Shown: positions 31,179 through 41,377, numbered from the stretch's first letter. The stretch is 64,000 nucleotides of DNA from Dehalococcoidia bacterium (GCA_965249275.1 CBDFLQ010000007.1:992001-1056000); one strand, 5' to 3'. Numbers and translations are program-made. Notes: generated from the sequence alone by a model not told the origin.

Positions 31179-32447
31179 TCACTGCGGCGGCATGGCCTTG
31201 GGCGAGTCCCGGTCACCGGGGGCACGCCAGGCTCGTCCCAGCGGCCCCAGTTCATCTGTGGCGACCCTGTGGGAGACCCACAGGGGGACGGTCGTTCCTT
31301 TCGCCTGCATCTCCTCCCCTGCCACGCGCAGGAAGTGGGTCGCCGCGATCTCGTCGTCGAATACGACCAGGACGTCGGGCCGAGTGCCGTGGTCGTCGGT
31401 GGGCCTGTGAGATGAGTAATAACGAAGATAGGGGGCGAGACGCTCCGACATGGTTGTTGGGCGCACGGCGCGCCTCTCCCACTCCAGGAAGAAAGGCCAG
31501 GTTGTCTCTCCTCTTCTGAGGATACCGAAGGCGTCCGGATGGACCGAGCGGATCCCGTCGCCGTGCCTGAAGTAGCGGGAGGCCCTCTTGGGTGGGTCGA
31601 GCTGGGAGACCTGCCAGCCGACCAAGACCGCCTGGGTTGTGAGGTGGGCCAGGAAGTCGTGGACGGCGGCGGTATGCTCGATGTGCCTGAGCAGTTGGCG
31701 TGTCCTTCTGCCCGTGACGCCGGTCCACTCATAGCTGTCGCCGGTGAACAGAGGGGCGGAGCTCCACCGCCTCCTGGCCAGGCCGACGGAGGTGCGGTCT
31801 CTACGGGCCAGGAGGGCCAGTCCCCGGTCGGTAGGGGCGAGGTGTCCGCCCGCGTCGCGTGGGCGGGCCACAAGCTTGTAGAATTCCAGGGGGATGACAA
31901 GCTGGGAGGCCCTCTGGTGGGAGACCCCCATCAGCCCGGCGAGCTCCGTGAGGGCGATCCAGGGCCAGTCGGCCACCAGCTCGACGGCTCGCTTCTCGGT
32001 GGCCTTGAGCATGACCGGTAGCATGTAGTCGGAGATGTCCCAGCCCCGCCCCTGGACGGTGAAGTCCGAGGGTAGCGACGCCCGCTCCGGCGCGGCCTCT
32101 TCCGGAAGGTTATCCCTCTTCTCTATCCTGTCCAGGGCCGAGCTCAGGTCGATGTCGGCCCGGACGGCGTGGGGGCTCCACACCGCTCCGTCCGGCGCCG
32201 CCACCACCTCGCTCTCCACGGCGAGGAAGGCGGGCACGGGGAAGCCCTCCAGCATCCTGCGGGAGTGCCTGAGCCGCACGGGGTCGGGCATGAGGATGAG
32301 CACGGCTCCGGGGAGCGCCGTGCCGCGCAGCCTCCACATGCGATTGGAGAAGGCCGACCTGTCGGAGGTGTTTCCCCGCCGGACGATCCCGACGGTGCGC
32401 CCATCGGGAAGGGCTACCGCAGCGTCGAGGGACAAGGACCGGTACCA
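31179..32447 (-). pseudogene. replication-relaxation family protein, 5'-truncated and fused in frame to an IS3 OrfA fragment
   Basis: wHTH, then HTAAVHDF...VHPDAFG...FFLEWER (PD-(D/E)xK-like). The first 49 aa of ORF 31179..32594 are IS-derived. Confidence 0.6.
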
Positions 32448-32700
32448 GCGGAACCCCTCCAGCACGATACGGATCTTTTCCTCCGGAGTGTACTTGCGCC
32501 GGGTTGCTGTCCTGACTCTTCGCACGAAGGACCTGGCCTCTTCTGTGCGCTCCTCAGCCGCCACTGCCTTAGTTGTGTCTGTCTGGGACATCATTGCTCC
32601 TCTCTATGAGTAATCTACCTCATCCAGGGAGCTCTCCACACCTCAACCCTCTCGACTTTTCCTACCCCATTTCGTGTCCCATTATGGCCGACGACCTACA
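32448..32700 (-). mobile_element. IS3-family left-end remnant (inverted repeat plus 5' part of orfA)
   Basis: The minus strand begins TGTAGGTCGTCGGCCATAATGGGACAC at 32700, followed by RBS GAGGAG and ...RRKYTPEEKIRIVLEGFR. Confidence 0.7.
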
Positions 32701-33231
32701 CCGGCTAACGGCGAAGTAACTGGTTGCACAGCAGATTTAGGAGAATATTTGCCAAGCCGAGAACGGCGAAAAGTATCTGTCGGTGATGTCATTGTTTCGC
32801 CCATCGAGGGTTCATTGGAAAGCATCGCTGTGATAAGCTCTGAGTACGACCAAGCTTTCTGTTCAACTGGGTTTCACGTCGTTAATTCTGCTTCGTTAAA
32901 TTCGGAAACTTTACTCGTGTTATTGAAGAGTGCGGTAGGTCAGTTGCAACTCAAGAAGGGTTGCAGCGGCACAATCCTCACTGCTATCAATAAGGATACA
33001 CTTAGTCAGCTAGTTTTGCCTTTGATTTCAAGGGGAACCCAACACCGCATACAAGAATTAGTAATAGAATCCTCCGTGCTGCGTCAGCAGTCTAGACGCT
33101 TGCTGCAATGTGCTAAGCGTACGGTGGAGATGTCTATCGAACAAGACGAAGACGCTGCTATAGCTTGGCTGGATAATGAAGCAGGGCGAGAATTGTTTCA
33201 GAGGGCCTCAGCCGCCGACGTGGTGCGCTAG
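32701..33231 (+). pseudogene. restriction endonuclease subunit S-like C-terminal fragment
   Basis: LPSRERRKV..GDVIVS, CSTGFHV, SGTILTAI and AKRTVEMSIEQDE. AT-richer, and truncated by the IS end. Confidence 0.65.
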
Positions 33232-33574
33232 GAGTGAGCGCATGAGGTCGATGGCACGGTCGGTTTCGGGGCCGGGCTCGCGCGCGAACTGATGCGGCAT
33301 GCCGGGGAACGCTTCGTGTCGGCGTAGTCTCCCGCCCGAGCGTAGGACTCGGCGAATCGCTGGGGGAACTCGTGGCGGATATTGCCGTCGGCTGTCCACT
33401 GCACCACGAGCAGCGGCAGCAGGGCCACATCCTCGCCCCGACTGTCAAGGGCATTCGCAAAACGTACCACCATGTTCTTCATCAGCCTGCTAAGCTACAG
33501 TCCGGGCTGAACCCCGTCTTGCCGACTGCACAAGGGTAGGCAACAGTCGAAAAACCCGCATCGTTAAGGTCGTC

Positions 33575-34036
33575 CTACAGACGCTCCAGCAACTTTGCGA
33601 TCTCATCGGTGTGGTTCATGTCGGGTTCCCACTCGCAGATCACACTGTGTTCGTCGATGACAACTGCGGGCCTTTTCCCGTCTGACGGGTCTTTGACGTA
33701 TCTCTCTCCATCGAGAGCGGACATGCCTAGCTCAATGCCTACTCGTCGATCAGGGTCGTTCAGGACCGCGAACGGAAGCTGCTCTTTCTCGACCCACTGG
33801 CGTGCAGAATCCAAGCTTCCGTCATGGATTCCGAACAGCACGACGTTCTTCTCGGTGAACTCGGCAGCATGCTCTCGGTACCCAAGAGCCATGCGGGTTC
33901 AGTTACCACCGCCCGGACTCGTGAAGAAGTACAGCAGGACCTTTTGTCCGCGAAGACTGCTAAGGGATATCGTCTGTCCATCGCTGGCCTGAAGTGTGAA
34001 ATCGGAAATCGTCTTCCCGATGTAAGTTTCCGTCAT
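33575..34036 (-). CDS. selenocysteine-containing peroxiredoxin (BCP/AhpC-TSA fold), 153 aa
   Basis: ATG 34036 with RBS AAAGGA gives MTETYIGKTISDFTL...VLLYFFTSPGGGN-[TGA 33899-33901]-TRMALGYRE... The TGA sits at the peroxidatic Cys position and the frame continues to 33575. Confidence 0.8.
33867..33894 (-). promoter_or_regulatory. putative bacterial SECIS hairpin
   Basis: mRNA GCAUG-GCUCUUGG-GUA-CCGAGAGC-AUGC, starting 4 nt after the UGA. Confidence 0.6.
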
Positions 34037-34195
34037 CGCCGTCCTTTCCGGTGAGACTTAATAGAACCGAGGCACGCATAGCAGAACCGTTCCCCATGCA
34101 GTTGCTGGGCTGCACGGAGTATAGGCGTTTCTCACCACCGATGCACGCCTAGCTATACACGTCCGCTCGGGCGGCGAAGTGAGTGGCGCATCCTC

Positions 34196-34414
34196 TTGCG
34201 TCAGGACGTCTGTAGGTCCCAGGCGCCCAACCGGGCCGTCATCAACTACGCCGAACGCAAGGCCTCCGTGGCAGGCCGTGCGGCCTGGCTCACCGACATC
34301 GAGTACCGGCTGCTATTCGAGCTTTCGGCCAGCGCCGGGCGGGTTCTCACCCACGATCAGCTGCAGCAGCGAATCGTGGGTCCGGCGTCTTGGGAATGGC
34401 AACCCGACAGTTAG
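34196..34414 (+). pseudogene. OmpR/KdpE-type response regulator wHTH fragment
   Basis: LTDIEYRLLFELSASAGRVLTHDQL; no receiver domain. Confidence 0.6.
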
Positions 34415-34419
34415 GGGGC

Positions 34420-34575
34420 TCACACATGAGCGTCCCTATAAGCCCCACCTGCCGGGACTCGAACTGGTTGAGGCATCTCTCGACTTATGAGAACACGACC
34501 TAGATTGAAACCTCCCACCGGAAAGTTCGCTGTACCGTACGCCGTGGATCGCCTAAGAGGATTCGAACTTTATTA
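34420..34575 (+). repeat. tandem att-like sites, including the best-conserved copy
   Basis: AAAGTTCG-N16-GG-N16-CGAACTTT (34522-34571). GGA(C/T)TCGAAC at 34455 and 34559, period 104. Confidence 0.7.
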
Positions 34576-35066
34576 TGACAACTGATCGCGAATTCAGCCG
34601 GATCCCAGATCCGCCACCCACGAGTACCGCAACATCTCGTTCCTATTGCTTCTCAGGTATGACCGTAGCCGAGACCATCAGGCCCACAAGGGTGGTGTGA
34701 AGAAGCCTACTGTCATTACCGGGCCGTTGTAGCCGGTAGGCGACATGCAGATCATCACCTAGCACGCTTCGTTCGCCAGGCGAAATAGGTCTACCGAATT
34801 CCGTAAGATATGGGGGTCACTGGGCGATATTTGAGATGCTACGTGACGCGGACGTAAGTGTGACAGGCCTTTGGACGGCATGGTCGCTCACACGCCGCAT
34901 GTGCCCCTCCTGTCCCCAGTGCTGGCGGAGGCGCTCCCCACTCGTCCTGCGGGCCTTGGCCGCGAGTCGGCTCAGCCCGTCAAACCCGCAGCACGCCCTC
35001 GCACCGCGCAAGCTCCGCGTCCTGGTTGTGGAAGTGCCTGGGACACTTGCCCGTGATGCACTGCGT

Positions 35067-35948
35067 TCAGGCGAGTTCCAGCGGCAGAGACGGATCGGCG
35101 GCGTACTCCGACATTGAGGCGTCGTATACCGCGATGTCCTCGTATCCCAGCAGCGAGAGGACGAAGGCGTCGTTGGATGCGGCGATGCCCCCGCCGCAGT
35201 AGGCAACCACGCGCCGAGTCCTGTCCGCACCCGCCTCTTCAAACAATGACGCCAGCTCCTCCGCCGGGCGGTATAGGCCGGTCTCGGCATCGGTCAGCTC
35301 CACCGCCGGCACGTTAGCCGAGCCGGGGATGTGCCCGGGACGCCCATATATCCGTCCGCCATCCGCGCCCGAGTGTTGCTCCCGTCCCAGTGCGTTTATC
35401 AGGCAGCTACCATACACACCGCCGGACTCGACGAACGCCATGACCTCGTACAGGTCGGCGAACCTGGCTGCATCGACGGTCGGCGTGAAGACTGTGGCTT
35501 GGTGTGTCGCCGCATCAGTCGACACCGCCCTGCCCTCAGCGATCCAGCGACGCCAGCCGCCGTCCAGAACCGCTGCACCATGGCAGCCCATTGACCGGAA
35601 CATCCACCACAGCCTCGCGGCCCACATCGAACCTGAGCGGTCGTAAAGGATCAGCTTGGACGACTCCGAAATTCCGTGCCGTCCGGCCGCCTCGGCAAAC
35701 GCTTCAGCCAAGGGCATCATGAAGCGGAAGCGTTGATCATTATCGGAGAAGTCGCCCTGCAGATCCAGGAATCCCGCTCCGGGAACGTGTCCCGACTCGT
35801 ACTCCCCCCGTCCCGACTCCACACGATAGCCGCCGCCGTCTCGGGGGCGGAGGAAGACGGTCGTCTCGAAAACGCGGACGTCGTCGTCCCCCAGGTGTTC
35901 CGCCAACCAATCGGTCGAAACGAGGAACTCCGGATTTGCGAAGGCCAT
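35067..35948 (-). CDS. sulfurtransferase (two-domain rhodanese, SseA-like)
   Basis: LVSTDWL, GHVPGA, AARLWW, GHIPGS and YCGGGIAAS. Confidence 0.9.
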   Translation of the reverse strand: MAFANPEFLVSTDWLAEHLGDDDVRVFETTVFLRPRDGGGYRVESGRGEYESGHVPGAGFLDLQGDFSDNDQRFRFMMPLAEAFAEAAGRHGISESSKLILYDRSGSMWAARLWWMFRSMGCHGAAVLDGGWRRWIAEGRAVSTDAATHQATVFTPTVDAARFADLYEVMAFVESGGVYGSCLINALGREQHSGADGGRIYGRPGHIPGSANVPAVELTDAETGLYRPAEELASLFEEAGADRTRRVVAYCGGGIAASNDAFVLSLLGYEDIAVYDASMSEYAADPSLPLELA

Positions 35949-36029
35949 AATCATCTCCAGCCGGTCTGGGGTTGTCTTGAGGTCGCCCGCTCGCAGTCCA
36001 GTATCCGCCCCCCGTGACACTCCTGCAAC

Positions 36030-36375
36030 TTGCTCCTGTCGGAACAAGAAGGACCGGGTCAACCTGCGAAGTCCACTATCCTGAGCCTGGCTATAGCTGC
36101 GGGTCAACCTACATTTCGGAAATGGCACTGGTTCCGGTCAAGTAAGGTCTACCCAGCCGAGTTGGAACCGGCAGGGTGTTACATGACTTCTGGGGTGATT
36201 CCCAAACGGAAATCTCTTACCGAAAAGTCAGCGGTATAGCCCAACATGGTTCACGAACTTTCATCACTACGCATTGCCCAGTGGACGATCCCCTTGTTTT
36301 CGAGGAAAATCCAACTATTGCTCGACCTGCAGTTCTATCGAACGATTTGTAGGGCGTACTGAACCATTGGATGTG
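36030..36375 (+). repeat. array of four degenerate att-like sites
   Basis: Central GG at 36051, 36146, 36248 and 36353 (spacing 95, 102, 105). Arms include AAAGTCAG-N16-GG, AGTTCT-N16-GG and GG-N16-GGAACC. Confidence 0.5.
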
Positions 36376-36377
36376 AC

Positions 36378-36700
36378 CACGTTCACCTGGAGTCCACAAT
36401 GGAGCCTGCCCTGCGGTTGGAGCTTGCCAGGCGCAACGGCGTGGATTTGCCGTACGCCACGTCGGATGAGATAGCGGCCACTTATGTCTACCCCGACATC
36501 ATGATGTGGTTCGACATCCGATACGAGGCTGATAAAGTGCTGAAGACGGAGCGGGACTTCTACGATCTGACCTGCGCATTCCTGTTGAAGTAAAAGTCCC
36601 AGAATGTCGTGTATACGGAGATACAGTACGACCCCCAGATGCACATGGAGCGGGGCCTGGGTAGGGGAGTATCCATGAGGGAAGCCCCAATGGAGTGGTG
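36378..36700 (+). pseudogene. adenosine/adenine deaminase N-terminal fragment
   Basis: HVHLESTMEPALRLELARRNGV...DFYDLT...*KSQNVVYTEIQYDPQMH, with an internal TAA. Confidence 0.7.
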
Positions 36701-37087
36701 CTGACTGCCTGTAATCCCTGAATTCCTGCCTCGACAGCCTCCGGGGGATCCGGTTGTCGTTGACGGTTGCGCCCGGTATATTGGAGGTGAAGACTCTGAT
36801 GTTTAAGAATGTCTTCCCCGACCGGCGTCTGGATGAATTACATGCGCTTACGCTCCGCAATTGTCGGGCTTCGTGGTGGTATAAGGGTTCCCGGCCGCCA
36901 ATTATGCGCAGCGCCAGGTCAGGGTTAGCTCCAGCCTGCCGACCTGTCTCTGACCTGACGTTGACTGGCGGGACGCTCGGCCGTATTCATCGGCGCTGCT
37001 GTCAGGAATTGCTTCCAAGCGGCTGTTCGTGGGAGTCCTCAGAGGAGGACCAGCCTTATGTGGGATTGGTAGAACCAGGAGGGTGTG

Positions 37088-38230
37088 ATGGCACTGAACA
37101 AGCTGATATCGGCAGATTCTCATGTGATCGAGCCGCCGGATGTCTGGACGGAGAGGATAGACCCGGAGTTCAGAGACCGGGCCCCGAGGCTGGTGTGGAC
37201 GGGCAATACTCATACCTGGTTCGTCGATGGAGATACCCCGGCGGGGCCTGGGGGTGAGGTCCTCTCCGAAGCGGGCAAGAGGTACGACGATCCGGACTCC
37301 ATGAGCATAGATTCCAGCTTTGAGGGAGTCCGGAGAGGGGCCTACGACCCTCACGCCCGCATGAAGGACCTGGAAGTAGATGGGGTGGTTGGGGAAGTAG
37401 TTATCCCCACGGTACCAACCAGGTTCTACAGCCTTCCCCTGGACGCCGAGTTCCTCTCAGCCTGCTTCAGGACCATGAACGACTGGATGGCGGATTTCTG
37501 CAGGCCGTATCCCGACGTATTGAAAGGCCTGGGGTCGATCAACGTGGACGACGTTGAAGATGGCGTAGGGGAATACGAACGGTGCCTGGAAATGGGGTTA
37601 GAGTCGGTGCTCATCACATCATTCCCGGGCGAAGAGAAGCAATATTACCTACCGGAATATCGTCCGCTGTGGGAGAGAGCGCAGGAAACCGGAAGACCCC
37701 TGGTCATACACACCACCACGCAGCGCCACGGGCCGGGCAGCCCGCCGACCGTTTTCGCCCGGACAAGCTTTGGGGTGCAGGGAGCCGCCTCGGGGTTCGA
37801 CCCGGTCGACTGGGCTTTGCGGTCAATTTCCGCCATGATTTTCGGCCGGGTATTCGAACGCTATCCGGGGGTCAAACTGGCGCTGATTGAGTTCGAAATG
37901 GGATGGGCGCCCTACTACCTGGAACGCATGGACAGGAATTACAGCGACCTGCGCTACACGCAAGAGGCCCACTTCAAGGATGGGAAGAAGCCCAGCGACT
38001 TCTGGCATTCCAACGTGTTCGTCAACTTCACTGAGGACCGGGTCGGAATGATGCATCGGGACTTGATAGGCGTCGATAACATCATGTGGGGATCCGACTA
38101 CCCCCACAGAGAGTCGACCTGGCCCCGTTCTCAGCAGGTCCTGGGCGAGATCCTGAAGGATATTCCGGGAGAAGAACAGACAAAGTTCGTCTACTCAAAC
38201 GCCGCAAAACTCTTTAACTTCAACAAATAG
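37088..38230 (+). CDS. amidohydrolase family protein
   Basis: ISADSHVIEP and IMWGSDYPHRESTWP. Confidence 0.9.
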   Translation: MALNKLISADSHVIEPPDVWTERIDPEFRDRAPRLVWTGNTHTWFVDGDTPAGPGGEVLSEAGKRYDDPDSMSIDSSFEGVRRGAYDPHARMKDLEVDGVVGEVVIPTVPTRFYSLPLDAEFLSACFRTMNDWMADFCRPYPDVLKGLGSINVDDVEDGVGEYERCLEMGLESVLITSFPGEEKQYYLPEYRPLWERAQETGRPLVIHTTTQRHGPGSPPTVFARTSFGVQGAASGFDPVDWALRSISAMIFGRVFERYPGVKLALIEFEMGWAPYYLERMDRNYSDLRYTQEAHFKDGKKPSDFWHSNVFVNFTEDRVGMMHRDLIGVDNIMWGSDYPHRESTWPRSQQVLGEILKDIPGEEQTKFVYSNAAKLFNFNK

Positions 38231-38412
38231 TTTGCCCACTACCGGCGTGCCATGTGACATTGCAACTGCTCTCCTAAGGCTAGAGTCCAAGGGGGTTGAG
38301 TAAATCAAACGGACCAAGCAGGGCAGACGATGAGTCAAAGACAGGGGAGTTACAGTGGCGGCACGATCTCGGATATCGCCTGACTCACGATCCAGAAGGG
38401 AGGCAACTACCC

Positions 38413-39135
38413 GTGAGAATGGAAGGTAAGGTGGCCATAGTCACCGGAGGGGCCAGGGGGATCGGAGAGGCGATAGCCAGGCTCTTCGCCAAGGAGGGTG
38501 CCTGCGTCACCATCGGAGACATCCTAGTCGACCAGGGCCGGAAGGTAGCCGGGGAGATAGCCAACGCCGGGGGACGGGCCCTCTTTGTCTCACTTGACGT
38601 GACCAGGGAAGAGGACTGGCGGGCCGCCATTGAGGCCACGGTCAATGAGTTCGGCAAGCTGAACGTCCTGGTCAACAACGCCGGGATCTACAGCCCCGAA
38701 ACCGTAGACGAGACAAGCCTTGAGACCTGGGAGCAGTCAATGGCGGTCCATGCCACCGGTCCCTTCATCGGGACGAAGCTGACTATACCGGAGATGAAGA
38801 AGGTCGGCGGCGGGTCGATTGTAAACATGTCCTCCGCCTTCGGCATCGTAGCAACCTACGAGGCCGCTGCATACACGACCTCCAAGGGAGCACTGAGAAT
38901 TCTGACAAAGGCCACTGCAGCCCAGTACGGCAGGTACAACGTACGCGCAAACTCCATTCACCCTGGCCCTATCGACACCGGGATGCCAGGCACGAGGACG
39001 CTCCACGACCTGCCCATGGGCAGAATGGGCAGGCCGGAGGAGATAGCCGAAGGCGCCCTATACCTGGCCTCGGACCAGTCTTCCTTCGTGACCGGGATCG
39101 AGCTACCCATCGACGGCGGCAGGATCGTTGTCTGA
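38413..39135 (+). CDS. SDR family oxidoreductase
   Basis: TGGARGIG, NNAG, YTTSKG and DGG; GTG start after RBS GGGAGG. Confidence 0.92.
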   Translation: MRMEGKVAIVTGGARGIGEAIARLFAKEGACVTIGDILVDQGRKVAGEIANAGGRALFVSLDVTREEDWRAAIEATVNEFGKLNVLVNNAGIYSPETVDETSLETWEQSMAVHATGPFIGTKLTIPEMKKVGGGSIVNMSSAFGIVATYEAAAYTTSKGALRILTKATAAQYGRYNVRANSIHPGPIDTGMPGTRTLHDLPMGRMGRPEEIAEGALYLASDQSSFVTGIELPIDGGRIVV

Positions 39136-39162
39136 GGGCGGGGGAGAGAGGAGGTGTGTTAA

Positions 39163-40289
39163 GTGCTGATCATTTCTGCCGATTCTCACGCAGAAGAGCC
39201 CGAGGAGCTTTACCAGCATCTGCCCCAGGGATACAGGCCCCGGGCTCCGCACATCATCCTCAAGAATGGCCGAAGAACCTATACGTGGAGGGGCAGCAGG
39301 ACATGCCCCTGGACGCGCCCAACCCCCTGAACCAGGAAGACATGCGCCGCTTCTTTAGAGAGACTACCCAGGCGGGAGAACTTCCTATGAGCGGTCCCAG
39401 CAATCGGGGAGGCGGCATAGACATTCCTCTCCGCCTGGCTGATCTGGAAGAGGACGGGGTCGCCGCCGAGGTGATCTATCCCCAAGGCATTTTCAAGGCT
39501 TTCGCCTCGCCGGACACGGGCTACCAGCGAGCGCTGACCAGACTGTACAACGATTGGTATCACGAGATTTTTGGCGAGCATACCGATAGGTTCGCGGTCT
39601 CGGCCCTTCTGCCCATGGTCGATATATCTACGGCAATGGATGAGGCCAGAAGGGTGGCCAGAATAGGCTTTCGCTCTTTGTCCGTGCCCCTGGCCATACC
39701 GTTGCTCCCCTATAACAACCCTGCCTACGAACCCTTCTGGGCAACGGTGGAGGAGTTGCAGGTCCAGGTTGCATTTCACGTCTTTACCTATGGAACGACG
39801 GGTAAGGCAGAAATCGAAGACCAGCCGGAAGGGCCCGGGGACAACATGGCCTTCACTGTGACCTTGATGGCCAATGCCATGAGTCCCCTGACTCTGCTGA
39901 TAGCCTCGGGGGTGTTGGACCGCCACCCAGGTCTTAGGTTCGTCCTGGTCGAAGGAGGGATTGGTTGGCTTGCCTGGGTATTGCAGTTGATGGACGAGAT
40001 GCAGATCAAGCGCCACATGTGGGCCGACCCCAAGCTGCCCATGAAATCCAGCGAATATTTCAAGCGCCAGGGCTATGCCACCTTCGGCGATGATGCCGTG
40101 GGCCTGGCAAATCGCTCTGTAACCGGTGTCGATGGGCTGATGTGGGGTAGCGACTACCCCCATGACGAGGGCACTTTCCCTCACTCACGGGAGGTAATCG
40201 AACGAACTTTCACAGACATCCCAGATGACGAGACGCGTAAAATCGTGGGAGGAAACGCCGCTCGGCTCTATAGTTTTTCCACCAGTTAA
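39163..40289 (+). pseudogene. amidohydrolase family protein with a frameshift (paralogue of 4104..5219)
   Basis: The N-terminus VLIISADSHAEEP (GTG 39163) is out of frame with the body; shift near 39280. LMWGSDYPHDEGTFPHSREVI is shared with the 4104 gene. Confidence 0.8.
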
Positions 40290-40336
40290 TGACACGTGTT
40301 AGTCCCGAGTGGCTGACCTAATATGGGAGGCGAGAA

Positions 40337-41107
40337 ATGGCTTACATACAAGTGAACGGCAAGGGGGCCTTTTACGCCTGCCCACGGGATCTTGCCAACG
40401 GTGAAAAGCGGGGGAAGGTGGTGGTCCTTGTCCACGGCGCCAGGGGCAATCACCTGATATGGATGCCCCAGCTCCGGGCACTGGCCAGAGACCATACGCC
40501 CATAGCAATCGACCTCCCGGGACACGGCGACTCCGAAGGACCCGGTTCAACCGGCGCCTCCGAATATCGCGAATTCCTTAAAGGCCTGGTGGATGCCCTC
40601 GATCTGGATTCGTTCGTTCTAGCCGGCCACTCTATGGGCGGGTCAGTAGCCTTGGACTACGCTCTGCACTACTCCAGAGCCGAGGCCCTGATACTCGTCG
40701 GGGCCGGGGCCAGCTGGTTCATACCCCAAGATTTTGTGGATCTCTACAAGACCGACTTCAACCGAGCCGTCACGGAAGGCATGAAGGTGAACTTTGCTGG
40801 AAGTACGCCCCGGTCCATCCGCGAGCTGCACGAATGGAATAACAAGACCACCCCTTTAGACTCACAGATCGGGGACTTCGAAGCGTGCAACAGCTTCGAC
40901 GTGGAAGCGGAACTAGGAAGGATAGATGTCCCCACCTGTGTAATGTGCGGTGATGAGGACGCCTATGCGGAGAAGTCTCGGGTGCTGCTCGACAAGATAC
41001 CCGGTGCCCAGGCCCGATGGCTTGAGAACGTTGGGCATTGCCCGTCCATTGAACGGCCAATGGCCACCAACGGGATATTCCTCGAGTTCCTTAAGTCCCT
41101 TGACTAG
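40337..41107 (+). CDS. alpha/beta fold hydrolase
   Basis: VHGA, DLPGHG, GHSMGG and GH. Confidence 0.9.
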   Translation: MAYIQVNGKGAFYACPRDLANGEKRGKVVVLVHGARGNHLIWMPQLRALARDHTPIAIDLPGHGDSEGPGSTGASEYREFLKGLVDALDLDSFVLAGHSMGGSVALDYALHYSRAEALILVGAGASWFIPQDFVDLYKTDFNRAVTEGMKVNFAGSTPRSIRELHEWNNKTTPLDSQIGDFEACNSFDVEAELGRIDVPTCVMCGDEDAYAEKSRVLLDKIPGAQARWLENVGHCPSIERPMATNGIFLEFLKSLD

Positions 41108-41170
41108 AGAAAGATCGACATAGGCCAAGCCTGCCTGGGACGCAACCTTACAACAACCCTGCTCAGCGCT

Positions 41171-41320
41171 GTTTCATCGCTCTCTAAAGATGCCGCCCAA
41201 CTGGATAAAATCGAGAGGTTTCGTGTTGAGGTTCGTCCTGGACTTGTAAGCAGGTCATGTCCTGCCACATCGGGCGAAACCCACCAAGAACCGACGGGGA
41301 AGGCCAACTGGCAGCCGAGG
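41171..41320 (+). repeat. att-like sites; the first has a right flank homologous to 59229-59285
   Basis: 41193-41249 vs 59229-59285 match 43/57 ungapped (PPNWIKSRGFVLRFVLDL* vs PPNRTKSRTFTLVFVLAL*). Second site has GG at 41302. Confidence 0.65.
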
Positions 41321-41323
41321 CAG

Positions 41324-41361
41324 TAGCCAGAGGCCCCTGCTAAAGCAGGGGCCTCTGGCTA
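41324..41361. terminator. perfect 17-bp hairpin, probable terminator
   Basis: TAGCCAGAGGCCCCTGC-TAAA-GCAGGGGCCTCTGGCTA, 16 nt downstream of the DUF5679 gene; no U-tract. Confidence 0.6.
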
Positions 41362-41377
41362 GTTGGAGACCACTGGA

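Larger units (their letters stand above)
28779..33500. mobile_element. decayed tRNA-Ser-integrated element (P4-type integrase, AlpA, two HTH proteins, replication-relaxation protein)
   Basis: Integrase directly 3' of the tRNA, with a convergent AlpA-HTH-HTH-relaxase-like cluster. The right boundary is not defined and no clear attR was found. Confidence 0.65.

Noticed and set aside
33228-33495. 84-aa ORF and CAGCCTGCTA as a possible IS5/IS1182-type end
   Set aside because: No transposase motif or partner inverted repeat recognised.
36591-36593. Recoding at the deaminase internal stop
   Set aside because: It is a TAA in a gene truncated at both ends.
41324-41361. Hairpin as an IS200/IS605 end or omega RNA
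   Set aside because: No tnpA, tnpB or iscB remnant nearby; its position fits a terminator.
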